From an uncultured Akkermansia sp. (GTDB taxonomy: Bacteria; Verrucomicrobiota; Verrucomicrobiia; Verrucomicrobiales; Akkermansiaceae): a stretch of 64,000 nucleotides of DNA. The DNA is taken from positions 2,614-66,613 of the forward strand of contig CAJGDB010000001.1 of assembly GCA_904502165.1 (NCBI GenBank), read 5' to 3'. The position numbers were made by a program, and so were the translations under genes. The notes under the pieces are model-generated. The model saw nothing but the letters and a program-made list of their open reading frames with translations. It ran no database searches and had not been told where the DNA came from. Positions 39,946 through 49,070 of the stretch are shown one piece after another. Within the stretch, counting starts at the first letter, position 1; each line of letters starts with the position of its first letter.

Positions 39946-40874
39946 TGTTCCGCCTTCTCTTCAAACGCCTCGGGCAGGGGGCCCTGGTCATTCTGGTGCT
40001 GCAGACCATCACCTTTTTCCTGGTGCGTCTGCTGCCGGGCAATCCTTTCCTGGGTGAACGCAAACTGCCTGAGCATGTCATGGCCCAGCTCAATGCCCTC
40101 TATGGGCTTGACCAGGGGGCATTCGTGCAGTACCTCAACTACTGGAAAAGTATCATTTGCCACGGGGATTTTGGCCCATCTCTGGTGCGTGAGGGCGTGC
40201 AGGTGGCCGATATCATTGCCCAGGCATTCCCCGTGTCTCTGTGGCTGGGTGTGCTGGGCATGGGCATTGCTATTGTGCTGGGTATACCGGCGGGCATGCT
40301 GGCGGCCTACTGGCGCAACCGCTGGCCCGATGCACTCTTCATGTTGCTTGCTATGGCCGGTATCTGCATTCCGGCCTTTGTGATAGCGCCCCTGTTCGGG
40401 CTGACTCTGGGGCTGCATGTGCCGGGGCTGAGTGTGGCCGGGTGGGATGACCCGCTGTGTGCTGTGCTGCCTGCGCTGACGCTGGGGCTTATCAATGCAG
40501 CCTATATTGCCCGACTGACCCGCGGCGGCATGGTGGAGGTGCTCTCTGCTGATTTCATCCGCACCGCCTGGGCCAAGGGGGTGCGCCCGCTGCGCCTCCT
40601 TTTTGTGCATGCCCTGCGTAGCGGTCTGCTGCCGGCAGTTTCCTACCTCGGGCCTGCCTTTGCGGCGCTCATTACGGGGGCTTTCGTGGTAGAGACCTGT
40701 TTTCAGGTGCCGGGTATGGGCTTGCATTTTGTGAATGCCACCACCGACCGCGATTACTTCCTCATTCAAGGGCTGGTATTCTGCTACGGCGTGTTGATTG
40801 TGATTGCCAACCTTGTGGTAGACCTCGTGCTGGTCGCCCTCAACCCCCGCCTGCGTTCGCAGGGTGCTGCCTGA
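39945..40874 (+). CDS. oppB: Oligopeptide ABC transporter permease
   Basis: LLPGNPF, GDFGPS, IRTAWAKG, VVETCFQVPGMG. Confidence 0.9.
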   Translation: MFRLLFKRLGQGALVILVLQTITFFLVRLLPGNPFLGERKLPEHVMAQLNALYGLDQGAFVQYLNYWKSIICHGDFGPSLVREGVQVADIIAQAFPVSLWLGVLGMGIAIVLGIPAGMLAAYWRNRWPDALFMLLAMAGICIPAFVIAPLFGLTLGLHVPGLSVAGWDDPLCAVLPALTLGLINAAYIARLTRGGMVEVLSADFIRTAWAKGVRPLRLLFVHALRSGLLPAVSYLGPAFAALITGAFVVETCFQVPGMGLHFVNATTDRDYFLIQGLVFCYGVLIVIANLVVDLVLVALNPRLRSQGAA

Positions 40875-41824
40875 TGAAAACGATACGCTTTGAACAAGGT
40901 TCCTCCCTCTGGAAAGATGCTCGCCGGCGGCTGATTCGCAACCGCGCGGCCATGGCTTCGCTCATCTTCCTGCTGCTCATGGCCTTTGCCTGCTTTGTGC
41001 TGCCGCTCTTTCCCTGTATTGCCAACCCGAATGCCACCAACCTGGCAGCCATCGGGGCTGATTGCAGCTGGGCCCACCCCTTTGGTACCGACCAGCTCGG
41101 GCGTGATTTGCTGGCCCGGGTGCTGTATGGTGGCCGTATCTCGCTGCTGGTGGGTGTGGTGGCCACGGTGGTGGCATTTGTTATCGGCCTCAGCTACGGA
41201 CTTGTTTCCGGCTATGTGGGCGGGCGGACGGATGCGCTGATGATGCGAACGGTCGATGTGCTCTTTGCGCTTCCGTTCATTGTGCTGGTCATTGTGTTCT
41301 CGCTGAGTATCGAGACACCCAGCCGTGAGCTGACCAGCTGGGTTGTGGAGAACACTGGCTGGAGCCGTGAGAGTGTTGCTCCCATTCTGGGGCTTGTCCC
41401 GCTTTTCATTGCCATTGGTGCGCTGGGATGGCTCACCCTGGCGCGTATTGTCCGCACCCAGACGCTTGAAATCAAGGCTCAGGAATATGTGCTGGCGGCG
41501 CGTTCCCTGGGGTTGGGGCATCTCCGCATTCTCTTCTGCCATATTGCGCCCAACCTGCTGGGTACTGTGGTGGTCTACACCACGCTGGCCGTGCCGGGTA
41601 TCATGCTCACGGAAAGCACGCTCTCCTTCATCGGGCTCGGGGTGCGTGCGCCCAATTCGTCGTGGGGTACTCTCATCAAAGAAGGGGCTGACCGCATGGA
41701 GGCTACGCCGGAGCTGTTGTTCTTCCCGGCGCTCTTCTTCTGCCTCACGCTGCTGGCGCTGAATTTCCTGGGCGACGGCCTGCGCGATGCACTGGACCCC
41801 AAATCCGGCGGGCGTGATTCGTAA
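40874..41824 (+). CDS. oppC: Oligopeptide ABC transporter permease
   Basis: HPFGTDQLGRD, EYVLAARSLG, NFLGDGLRDALDP. Confidence 0.92.
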   Translation: MKTIRFEQGSSLWKDARRRLIRNRAAMASLIFLLLMAFACFVLPLFPCIANPNATNLAAIGADCSWAHPFGTDQLGRDLLARVLYGGRISLLVGVVATVVAFVIGLSYGLVSGYVGGRTDALMMRTVDVLFALPFIVLVIVFSLSIETPSRELTSWVVENTGWSRESVAPILGLVPLFIAIGALGWLTLARIVRTQTLEIKAQEYVLAARSLGLGHLRILFCHIAPNLLGTVVVYTTLAVPGIMLTESTLSFIGLGVRAPNSSWGTLIKEGADRMEATPELLFFPALFFCLTLLALNFLGDGLRDALDPKSGGRDS

Positions 41825-41872
41825 GGGAGATTGTTCTGAAGCCCCGGCCCGGCTGCACCTGTGCGGTGGGGC

Positions 41873-42589
41873 TTACAGCTCCCATGGCTTTATCCGGCCG
41901 TTGTCAGTAGCCCGCATTTCGAGTTGCCTCAGACACAGCTCCTCCAGCTCGGTGGGCTTGCGGAAGGTTTCGTATTCTGGTTCTCTCCAGGAAACCCAGA
42001 GGGGCTGTTGCTTACGCTTCTTTTTTTTCTTATAGGCAAGCCGCCCGCCATAGGTGCAGAATTCCGTCACGGACTCTGCCTGTTCGCCACCGTGGCGGGC
42101 CAGGCATTTCTTGTACCGGCTGGCGGCTTCATCTGGCCCGAAAATGCCGTAGAACAGACCGCTGTTCAGATACAGAGCCTCGTGATTCGTCTGCAGCCGG
42201 ATGTGTTCCGGCAGGTTGATGTCGATGGTGATATCATCCTCAAAGATGCTGATGTCGTACAGCGTCTGGAAATCCTTTTCCCGGGGGCCTCCTGGCTCGG
42301 CAAGATGGTGTAATGTAACCCACTTATTGATCATGATGCTGGAGGTGGTTCCCGCTCTTCCCAGTCTGAAACTCCGGCCTACACGATACCAGAGATGCTC
42401 TCTCCTGAGTAATTTCAGCAGCAGAAAGGAAATGGGAAATTTCGGGCGTCTGTTTTTCTGTATATTACGCCATAAACGGGAGGAGAGCTTGAACAACATC
42501 ATGGACTTGATGTACCTGTACAGTTCTTCTCCAGCCTTGATGTACTTTGGCTCCGGCTCCGGTTCTGGTTCGTGGCGGCGACGAGTCAT
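41873..42589 (-). CDS. Hypothetical basic protein (no recognisable family)
   Basis: 238-aa ORF filling the gap; TAGAAT 6 nt before ATG; poly-Lys/Arg patches. Confidence 0.65.
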   Translation of the reverse strand: MTRRRHEPEPEPEPKYIKAGEELYRYIKSMMLFKLSSRLWRNIQKNRRPKFPISFLLLKLLRREHLWYRVGRSFRLGRAGTTSSIMINKWVTLHHLAEPGGPREKDFQTLYDISIFEDDITIDINLPEHIRLQTNHEALYLNSGLFYGIFGPDEAASRYKKCLARHGGEQAESVTEFCTYGGRLAYKKKKKRKQQPLWVSWREPEYETFRKPTELEELCLRQLEMRATDNGRIKPWEL

Positions 42590-42602
42590 GCCCCCATTCT
42601 AC

Positions 42603-42621
42603 TACCCATTGCCAATGGGGG
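42603..42621. repeat. Left 19-bp inverted repeat (IR-L)
   Basis: TACCCATTGCCAATGGGGG; reverse complement matches 42774-42792 at 18/19 positions. Confidence 0.85.
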
Positions 42622-42773
42622 TGTAAGAATGATGCCGCAGGTAGGTAATACAGTGTAAAAATTGATTTTCAGTATCACAATTTTTATGTGAAACGCGCAA
42701 CCTACCCTTTGATATGCATTTTATTTTATGAAAAATGGGCTATAAAGTGAAGTGTTGAGTGAATTTTACTTGT

Positions 42774-42792
42774 CCCCCATTGGCAATGCGTA
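42774..42792. repeat. Right 19-bp inverted repeat (IR-R)
   Basis: CCCCCATTGGCAATGCGTA; last base is the A of recombinase ATG 42792. Confidence 0.85.
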
Positions 42793-43802
42793 TGAAGAAA
42801 CGAGAAGCAGAAACGGCATTATACCTCTTGAAGAAGAGTGGATTGTGTGTGTGCGATGCTGCGCGCCTTGTTCTTGAGCTGGTGGAGGGCTGCCGGCAGA
42901 GCGGGGGGCATGCCGGTTTGTTTGCGCGTTGCCGGCGCGCGGTTATGCTGGGGGTGGAGGCTCTGCGGCAGGAGGAAATGAGTGTTCCCTTTGCCGAAGC
43001 TGTGGCGTTTACTCTGCGGGTGAAGCAGCACCGGGCGGCGCGCACGCAGAGCGATATTGCGTATTACATGCGGCGGTTGATGCGGGCTGTGCCGGGACTG
43101 GCGGGGCGGGCTTTGCGTTCTCTCACATCGCAGGATTGCTGCCGCATGCTTCAGGCTGCGTACGGAACCCCAAGTCAGCGGCGCAAGGCACGGGCTATCT
43201 TATCGGGGGTGTTCAGCGTGGGGCGGCGGCAGGGCTGGTGCGGTGAGAATCCTGTTCTGCTGGTGGAGGTGCCGGCGGTGCAGGAGAAAGAGATTGCCCC
43301 CCTGCCACTGGCAGAGGTGCGGCAACTGGTGGAGACGGCGCGGAAGCCGGCACATGCGGCTGTGCTGCCGGCGCTGGGGCTCATGCTGCATGCCGGGGTG
43401 CGCCCGCATGAGATTCAGCGCCTGCACTGGCAGGATGTTGACCTGGAGGAGCGTGAGCTGTGCATTGCTGCCCGTCACAGCAAGACGGGGGGCTCCCGGC
43501 GTATTCCTCTTTCTCGTTCTTTACTGCGCCTGTTATCTGCCCATGCCGGGAGCGGGCCTATCTGCCCACCGAACTGGCGGCAGCGCTGGCTGCAGTTGCG
43601 GCGGGCGGCGGGGTTTGCCCGCTGGGTGCCGGATGTGCTGCGCCATACTTTTGCGAGTTATCATGTAAAACACCACCGGGATATGGCGGCTCTGCAGTTG
43701 AGCATGGGGCACCGTGACCAGCGTCTGCTGATGAACCGTTATATCAATCTGCGGGGCATTTCCCGGCCTGATGCCGCGGCTTTCTGGGCGCTGCGCTTGT
43801 AA
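42792..43802 (+). CDS. Tyrosine-type recombinase/integrase
   Basis: AGVRPHEIQRL (R), SKTG (K), DVLRHTFASY, MGH, NRY (Y); alternative starts at 42759/42786. Confidence 0.92.
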   Translation: MKKREAETALYLLKKSGLCVCDAARLVLELVEGCRQSGGHAGLFARCRRAVMLGVEALRQEEMSVPFAEAVAFTLRVKQHRAARTQSDIAYYMRRLMRAVPGLAGRALRSLTSQDCCRMLQAAYGTPSQRRKARAILSGVFSVGRRQGWCGENPVLLVEVPAVQEKEIAPLPLAEVRQLVETARKPAHAAVLPALGLMLHAGVRPHEIQRLHWQDVDLEERELCIAARHSKTGGSRRIPLSRSLLRLLSAHAGSGPICPPNWRQRWLQLRRAAGFARWVPDVLRHTFASYHVKHHRDMAALQLSMGHRDQRLLMNRYINLRGISRPDAAAFWALRL

Positions 43803-43807
43803 AAAGA

Positions 43808-43840
43808 AGCCGCGCAGCCGGAATATTCCTCCGTTGCGCG
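43808..43840. terminator. Hairpin between recombinase and convergent antiporter gene
   Basis: GCCGCGCAGCCGGA...TCCGTTGCGCGGC imperfect stem. Confidence 0.5.
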
Positions 43841-43865
43841 GCAATTCCATTCTGCCGGGGGACTC

Positions 43866-45176
43866 TTACTTCTTATGGGCGAGCCCGAAGAAGATGAAGA
43901 CCAGGGCGGACAGCCCCATGACAAAGGGGTAGAAGAGGTAGGGAATGATGGCAAAGGCAGTAATGCCGGCGAGGGCGGAGCCCATGAGCAGCTGGGCGCC
44001 GTACGGCAGGATACCCTGTACCACGCAGGAGGCGGTGTCGAGCAGGCTGGCAGCACGCGGAGCGGGGATGCTGTATTTTTCTGCAATGCCCTTGGCAATG
44101 TGCCCCACGGCTACGATGGCCACAGTGTTGTTGGCGGTGCAGAAGTTGGCCAGGGCGGTCATGAGCGCGATGCTGAGTTCGGCTCCCTTGCGGCCTTTGA
44201 TGCAGGCGGTGAGGTGGGAGATGATGTAGGAGAGCCCGCCGTTGTAGCGGATGAGTTCGAGCATGCCAGCCGCCAGGAGGGTGACGATGATGAGCTCGCC
44301 CATGCCGGTCATGCCGTTGCCCATGGCGCTTACCCAGTCCATGATTCCGGCGGGGGTGTTGATGCAGGCTACTATGCCTGTGGAGATGATGCCGAGGATG
44401 AGCACCTTCATGACATTCACGCCGGCCAGGGCGGTACCCAGTACCAGCAGGTATGGAATGACCTTGAGCCAGGCGGTTTCCTGCGGTACTTCCACCGGAG
44501 CCAGGTTCCAGCCGAGCGCGATGTAGATGCCCAGCACCAGCAGGGCTGCCGGGAATACGATGGCAAAGTTGGCCTTGAACTTATCCTGCATGGCGCAGCC
44601 CTGGGTGCGGGTGGCGGCAATGGTCGTGTCGGAAATGAAGGACAGGTTGTCGCCGAAGAAGGCACCGCCGATAACGCCGCCTGCCATGAGGGCGAGGCTG
44701 GCACCCGCTTTGTCTGCCAGGCCTACGGCTACCGGCATGAGGGCCACGATGGTGCCTACCGAGGTGCCAATGGAGAGGGATATGGCGCAGGCTGCCAGGA
44801 ATACCCCGGCCAGTACCATGTTGGCCGGCAGCAGGGAGAGGGTGAGGTTGACGGTGGCATCAACCGAGCCGATGTGTTTGGCTGACTGGGCAAAAGCACC
44901 GGCGAGTATGAAAATCCACACCATCATCATGATATTGCTGTGCGCTGCGCCGCGGGAGAAGCGCTCCACCCGCTCAGAGAATCGGCGCGGGCGGCATACG
45001 ACAAAGGCCCAGGCGCAGGCGGCCATGAAGGCAACGGTGACCGGCATCTTGTAAAAGTCCCCCACGATGACCGAGGTGGTCACATAGAGCAGGAAGAAGA
45101 CGAGCAGCGGACTGAGTATCCACAGACCGCGGCTGTGGGAGATGCAGGGGATTTCTGGCAGGTGGTTCTTGTTCAC
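43866..45176 (-). CDS. Na+/H+ antiporter NhaC family protein
   Basis: GTSVGTI, GAFFGDNLSFISDTTIAAT, TANNTVAI, LPYGAQ; TTGACA-17nt-TACACT upstream. Confidence 0.88.
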   Translation of the reverse strand: MNKNHLPEIPCISHSRGLWILSPLLVFFLLYVTTSVIVGDFYKMPVTVAFMAACAWAFVVCRPRRFSERVERFSRGAAHSNIMMMVWIFILAGAFAQSAKHIGSVDATVNLTLSLLPANMVLAGVFLAACAISLSIGTSVGTIVALMPVAVGLADKAGASLALMAGGVIGGAFFGDNLSFISDTTIAATRTQGCAMQDKFKANFAIVFPAALLVLGIYIALGWNLAPVEVPQETAWLKVIPYLLVLGTALAGVNVMKVLILGIISTGIVACINTPAGIMDWVSAMGNGMTGMGELIIVTLLAAGMLELIRYNGGLSYIISHLTACIKGRKGAELSIALMTALANFCTANNTVAIVAVGHIAKGIAEKYSIPAPRAASLLDTASCVVQGILPYGAQLLMGSALAGITAFAIIPYLFYPFVMGLSALVFIFFGLAHKK

Positions 45177-45393
45177 TTCTGGGAATGGGGCTTAATACGC
45201 CGCAAGTGTAGCAGCACCAGGGTGAGATGTCAAAGAAAACAACCCGCAGGCAAGTGTATTATGCTGCCATTTTTGAGCGTTATTGGAGCATGTTTTTCTG
45301 TAAGGTATTTAATTTCAGTTTCTAAATAACAATTTTGTGCGCCAGGCAGCAGAGGGGCTGCCCGCCGGGGGTGCTGTGCCTGTTAATTCCAGC

Positions 45394-45423
45394 TTGACGC
45401 CTTGCGGGGTGTGATGATAGAAT
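45394..45423 (+). promoter_or_regulatory. sigma70-type promoter for recJ (leaderless geometry)
   Basis: TTGACG-18nt-TAGAAT (extended TG), 6 nt before ATG 45430. Confidence 0.65.
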
Positions 45424-45429
45424 GGCCCC

Positions 45430-47148
45430 ATGAGTACTAAGTTCAGTTGGGAATTGCGCCCGACGGACGGAAGTGTGGATTTTGGCGATGAATTGAACGC
45501 ACAGCTGCCGCTGCTGGTTCGAAAGTTGCTGGCTCAGCGAGGCATTTCCGGTCGTGAGAAGGCACTAAGATTCCTGAAACCCAAGCTAGCCGACCTGGGC
45601 GACCCTTTCGCCTTGCGGGAGATGGATGTAGCCGTTGAGCGCATCTTCCGCGCGGCAGACAACGGTGAGCACGTCTGCATCTATGGTGATTATGATGTGG
45701 ACGGCGTGAGCTCTGTCACGCTGCTGTATGCGATTCTGCGCGCCTATGGTATCCGCACGGATTATTTCATACCGGTTCGCACACGGGAAGGCTACGGCCT
45801 GAGCGATGAGGGTATGGCCAATGCTATGGAGGCCTGCGGTGGTAAGCCGGATCTGCTGATTGCGGTGGACTGCGGCACTTCTTCTGTGGAAGAGGTGCGC
45901 TGGCTGCAGGGGCAGGGGATTGATGTGGTGATTCTGGACCACCATGAGGCGAGTACCCAGGGGCGGCCCCCCGCGGTGGCTGTGGTGAATGCCAAGCTGG
46001 AGGGGGATAGCCCGTATACTTACCTGTGCAGCGCTGGTGTGGTGTTCAAACTGGCGCATGCGATGCTGAAGATGCGCCGGCTGGCTCATTTTGACCTGAA
46101 GCAGTATCTGGATGTGGTGGCTATTGCCACGGTGGCTGATATTGTGCCGCTGGTGGGCGAAAACCGCCTGCTGACACGCCACGGCCTGCGGGTGATGGAG
46201 AGTGGCGGCAATATCGGTATTCAGGCTCTTAACCGGGTGACGAACCTGAACCGCCGCCCCAATGCCAGCCATATTTCGTTCCGTATCGGTCCGCGTCTGA
46301 ATGCGGCCGGCCGTATGGACAGCCCGCTGGATTCGCTCAACCTGCTCATGGCGCGTGATACTGCTGTGGCGCTGGAGCTGGCTGAGCGCCTTGAGCAGCA
46401 CAACCGCGCCCGCCAGCAGGAGGAGGAGAAGATCCGCCATGAGGCGATGGAGATGCTGTCGCGTTCCTTCTCCCCGGAGCGGGATAATGTGATTGTGCTG
46501 GGGTCGCGTACCTGGCACCCCGGGGTGGTGGGTATCGTGGCTTCGCTGCTGATGCGCCGTTACCATAAGCCCACTTTTGTGATTTCGCTGGATGAAAATG
46601 GTGTGGGTAAGGGAAGCGGTCGCTCGGTTCCGGGAATTTCTCTGGTGCAGGCTATTCACGCTTGTGCCGATACGCTGATTTCCGGCGGTGGTCATGATAT
46701 GGCTGCCGGGCTGGTGATTCATGAGGATATGATTGATGCGTTCCGTGAACGCTTCGATGCTTTTGTGCGTGAGAATGTGGATCCCTCCCGGCTTATGCCG
46801 GTGCTCAATATTGATGCTGAGGTGACGTTCCCTGAGCTGACTCTGGATTTGCTTGATAGTTATGAATTGCTGGAGCCTTTCGGCAATACAAACCCGCAGC
46901 CGGTGTTCATGAGCCGCAATGTGATGCTGACGGATGCTCCACGCCACCTGCAGGGTAACCACCTGCGCCTGGGGCTGCGCCAGGGGAGCTGCGAGTGTGA
47001 TGCTATGTACTTCAATGGCGGGCAGTTGCGCCTGCCGGATCCGCCCTGGGATATTGCGTATACGATTGACCGCAATGTATGGCGTGGCCGTACAATGCTT
47101 TCCATTTCTATTCAGGATATCCGCCCTGCCGCTGCTGCCTGTTCATGA
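45430..47148 (+). CDS. recJ: Single-stranded DNA exonuclease RecJ
   Basis: YGDYDVDG, VDCG, LDHH, RLNAAGR, GSGRS, GGGHDMAAG. Confidence 0.96.
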   Translation: MSTKFSWELRPTDGSVDFGDELNAQLPLLVRKLLAQRGISGREKALRFLKPKLADLGDPFALREMDVAVERIFRAADNGEHVCIYGDYDVDGVSSVTLLYAILRAYGIRTDYFIPVRTREGYGLSDEGMANAMEACGGKPDLLIAVDCGTSSVEEVRWLQGQGIDVVILDHHEASTQGRPPAVAVVNAKLEGDSPYTYLCSAGVVFKLAHAMLKMRRLAHFDLKQYLDVVAIATVADIVPLVGENRLLTRHGLRVMESGGNIGIQALNRVTNLNRRPNASHISFRIGPRLNAAGRMDSPLDSLNLLMARDTAVALELAERLEQHNRARQQEEEKIRHEAMEMLSRSFSPERDNVIVLGSRTWHPGVVGIVASLLMRRYHKPTFVISLDENGVGKGSGRSVPGISLVQAIHACADTLISGGGHDMAAGLVIHEDMIDAFRERFDAFVRENVDPSRLMPVLNIDAEVTFPELTLDLLDSYELLEPFGNTNPQPVFMSRNVMLTDAPRHLQGNHLRLGLRQGSCECDAMYFNGGQLRLPDPPWDIAYTIDRNVWRGRTMLSISIQDIRPAAAACS

Positions 47149-48077
47149 AGAAGCCCAGCCAGAGTTCCCGCCGCTCTTCCCGCCGGTTGCCATCGGCGGA
47201 GTTCGGGGATTGGCGTATGCCGCTGGAGAAACCGCATGAGGCAGAGCACCTGGAACCTCCTCCCATGAGCGTGTTCCGCCGCCTGCGGGTGCATGTCAGC
47301 TACCTTCAGTCCCTTGACCCTGTATATGACTATGAGGTGGAGGACTGGAAACCTATCAAGGGCTTGAAGCAGGCGGTACACATGACGATTGGCCTATGCC
47401 TGCTTCCTTTGTCTGTGGTGATGGTGTATGCTCTGCTGCTGCAGCTGCACCATGCAACGCCGATGGTGAGCGAACTGGCGTTCTGGCAGAGTGTGCCGGT
47501 GTGGTTCAGTGTGCTGGGGGCACTGGTGTTTGCGAGTGTGAAGTATTTCCGCCTGATAGACCCGATTCTGATGTTCCTCTATGTGCTGGGGCATGAGCTG
47601 ACCCATGCGTTGGCGGCTTTGCTCTGCATGGGCCGTGTGCGCGCCCTGAGTGTGGATCTGGATGGCGGATTTGTGGACACGGATGCCGATAATATCTTTG
47701 TTTCGCTGGCGCCTTATTTTGTTCCCTTGTGGGCGCTGTTGTGGATGGCGACTTTCTTTGTGGCGAACTGGATTTACCCGTTTGATTCCTACCAGGCATG
47801 GTTCTATGCGGGCTTCGGTTTCTGGCTGACGTACCATGTGTACTGGACGCTGTGGGTGATTCCCCGCGAGCAGCCGGATTTGCTTGAGAACGGGGTGATT
47901 CTTTCATTCATGATTATCCTGCTGAGTAACCTGGCCGGCGTGTTGCTGATTCTGCGTGCATTCGGTCTTATCTCCTTTGAGGGGTATGCTCAGGATTTTG
48001 TGCTGGCCGCCCGGGAAATTGGTGCTGCCTTTGCTGACCTTGCAAGGTTGTTGGTTCAGCTCTTCTCTTCGGTATAA
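47145..48077 (+). CDS. Membrane protein with HExxH motif, M50-like metallopeptidase
   Basis: Multiple TM helices; LGHELTHALAA; SLAPYF; ATGA overlap with recJ. Confidence 0.7.
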   Translation: MKKPSQSSRRSSRRLPSAEFGDWRMPLEKPHEAEHLEPPPMSVFRRLRVHVSYLQSLDPVYDYEVEDWKPIKGLKQAVHMTIGLCLLPLSVVMVYALLLQLHHATPMVSELAFWQSVPVWFSVLGALVFASVKYFRLIDPILMFLYVLGHELTHALAALLCMGRVRALSVDLDGGFVDTDADNIFVSLAPYFVPLWALLWMATFFVANWIYPFDSYQAWFYAGFGFWLTYHVYWTLWVIPREQPDLLENGVILSFMIILLSNLAGVLLILRAFGLISFEGYAQDFVLAAREIGAAFADLARLLVQLFSSV

Positions 48078-48108
48078 CTTGATTTCAACAGATTGGATGT
48101 ACTAACGT

Positions 48109-49011
48109 ATGACAAGTATGGAAACAACTTCTCCTCAGACGGATTGCTACCTGATTCTCTGCCATAACCGCCCCTGGCAGGTGAATGCCCTGAGTTCATA
48201 TCTTGCAGAACAGGGGCACTATGTGTTTATTCATGTGGATGCCTCTTCTGCCATTGCTTCTGAGATTCTCACTTCTGAACGAATCAGGCTGGTCGAGCCC
48301 CGGATTGCGGTGAAATGGGGGAGCTTTTCCATGATTTCGGCTGAAATGTCGTTGATTCGCGCGGCTATGGCAACAGGGGTGAGGTATCGTTACGTTCACC
48401 TCATCAGCGGGCAGTGTCTGCCGGCAGCTGGCCGGGCTAAGACTGAGGAGCTTCTCAATGCAGCCTATGCAGAGAAACAGCAGATAATCAGCTGTTCTAC
48501 GGAGCCTATTACGAAGGGGTGGGGGAGAAAGGGCCTTCTGTACCGCATTGCTGTATGGTATCCTCAGTGCATTGTGGACCGCAATAATAAATGGCACCGC
48601 TATTTCCACAAGTGGAAGAAATTGTGGCGTTTTACCGGCCTTCGCCGCTTCTCATGGAAGAAGTTTGCTCCTTTCCATTCGGGGTCCCAGTGGTGGTCCC
48701 TTACGGGTGACTGCGTGCAGGAGCTGCTCCGTTATGTGGATGAACACCCGGATTTCTATGATTTCTTCCGGCATACTTTCTGTAGTGATGAAATGTTTGT
48801 TCAGTCCACGCTCATGCACCTGACGCCCAAGCCGTACATTTTGGGCTCCAATAAGCGCTTCATGATTTGGCGGCGCAGCATGTCTCCTGCTGATCTTGTG
48901 GAGGAGGAGTGGCCTCAGGTATGGTCCAGCAACTGTCTTATAGCTCGTAAATTCCTGATGGAACCGGGTGAAACAGAACGCTATCTGGCTGCCCTGAATG
49001 CTGAATTTTAA
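48109..49011 (+). CDS. Core-2/I-branching (GT14-like) glycosyltransferase
   Basis: YLILCH, FIHVD, VKWGSFS, HLISGQCLP, GSQWWSLT, SDEMFVQS, ARKF. Confidence 0.85.
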   Translation: MTSMETTSPQTDCYLILCHNRPWQVNALSSYLAEQGHYVFIHVDASSAIASEILTSERIRLVEPRIAVKWGSFSMISAEMSLIRAAMATGVRYRYVHLISGQCLPAAGRAKTEELLNAAYAEKQQIISCSTEPITKGWGRKGLLYRIAVWYPQCIVDRNNKWHRYFHKWKKLWRFTGLRRFSWKKFAPFHSGSQWWSLTGDCVQELLRYVDEHPDFYDFFRHTFCSDEMFVQSTLMHLTPKPYILGSNKRFMIWRRSMSPADLVEEEWPQVWSSNCLIARKFLMEPGETERYLAALNAEF

Positions 49012-49070
49012 GACAGCGGCACAGTTTTGCCTTGTAAGCGGTGGAAAATCTGGCATAATTTGCGCCGCCT

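Noticed and set aside
42546..42572. Imperfect 6-bp repeat encoding EPEPEPEP as a slippage switch
   Set aside because: Unit is in frame and imperfect, so it would not shift the reading frame
41825..43865. Prophage or ICE around the recombinase
   Set aside because: No structural, replication or conjugation genes, no tRNA target, no att direct repeats noticed
38000..46000. Possible GC-skew switch or replication origin near the AT-rich spacers
   Set aside because: Spot counts show G-rich lines on both sides; TTATCCACA seen only singly inside genes (near 7223 and 53791); no DnaA-box cluster
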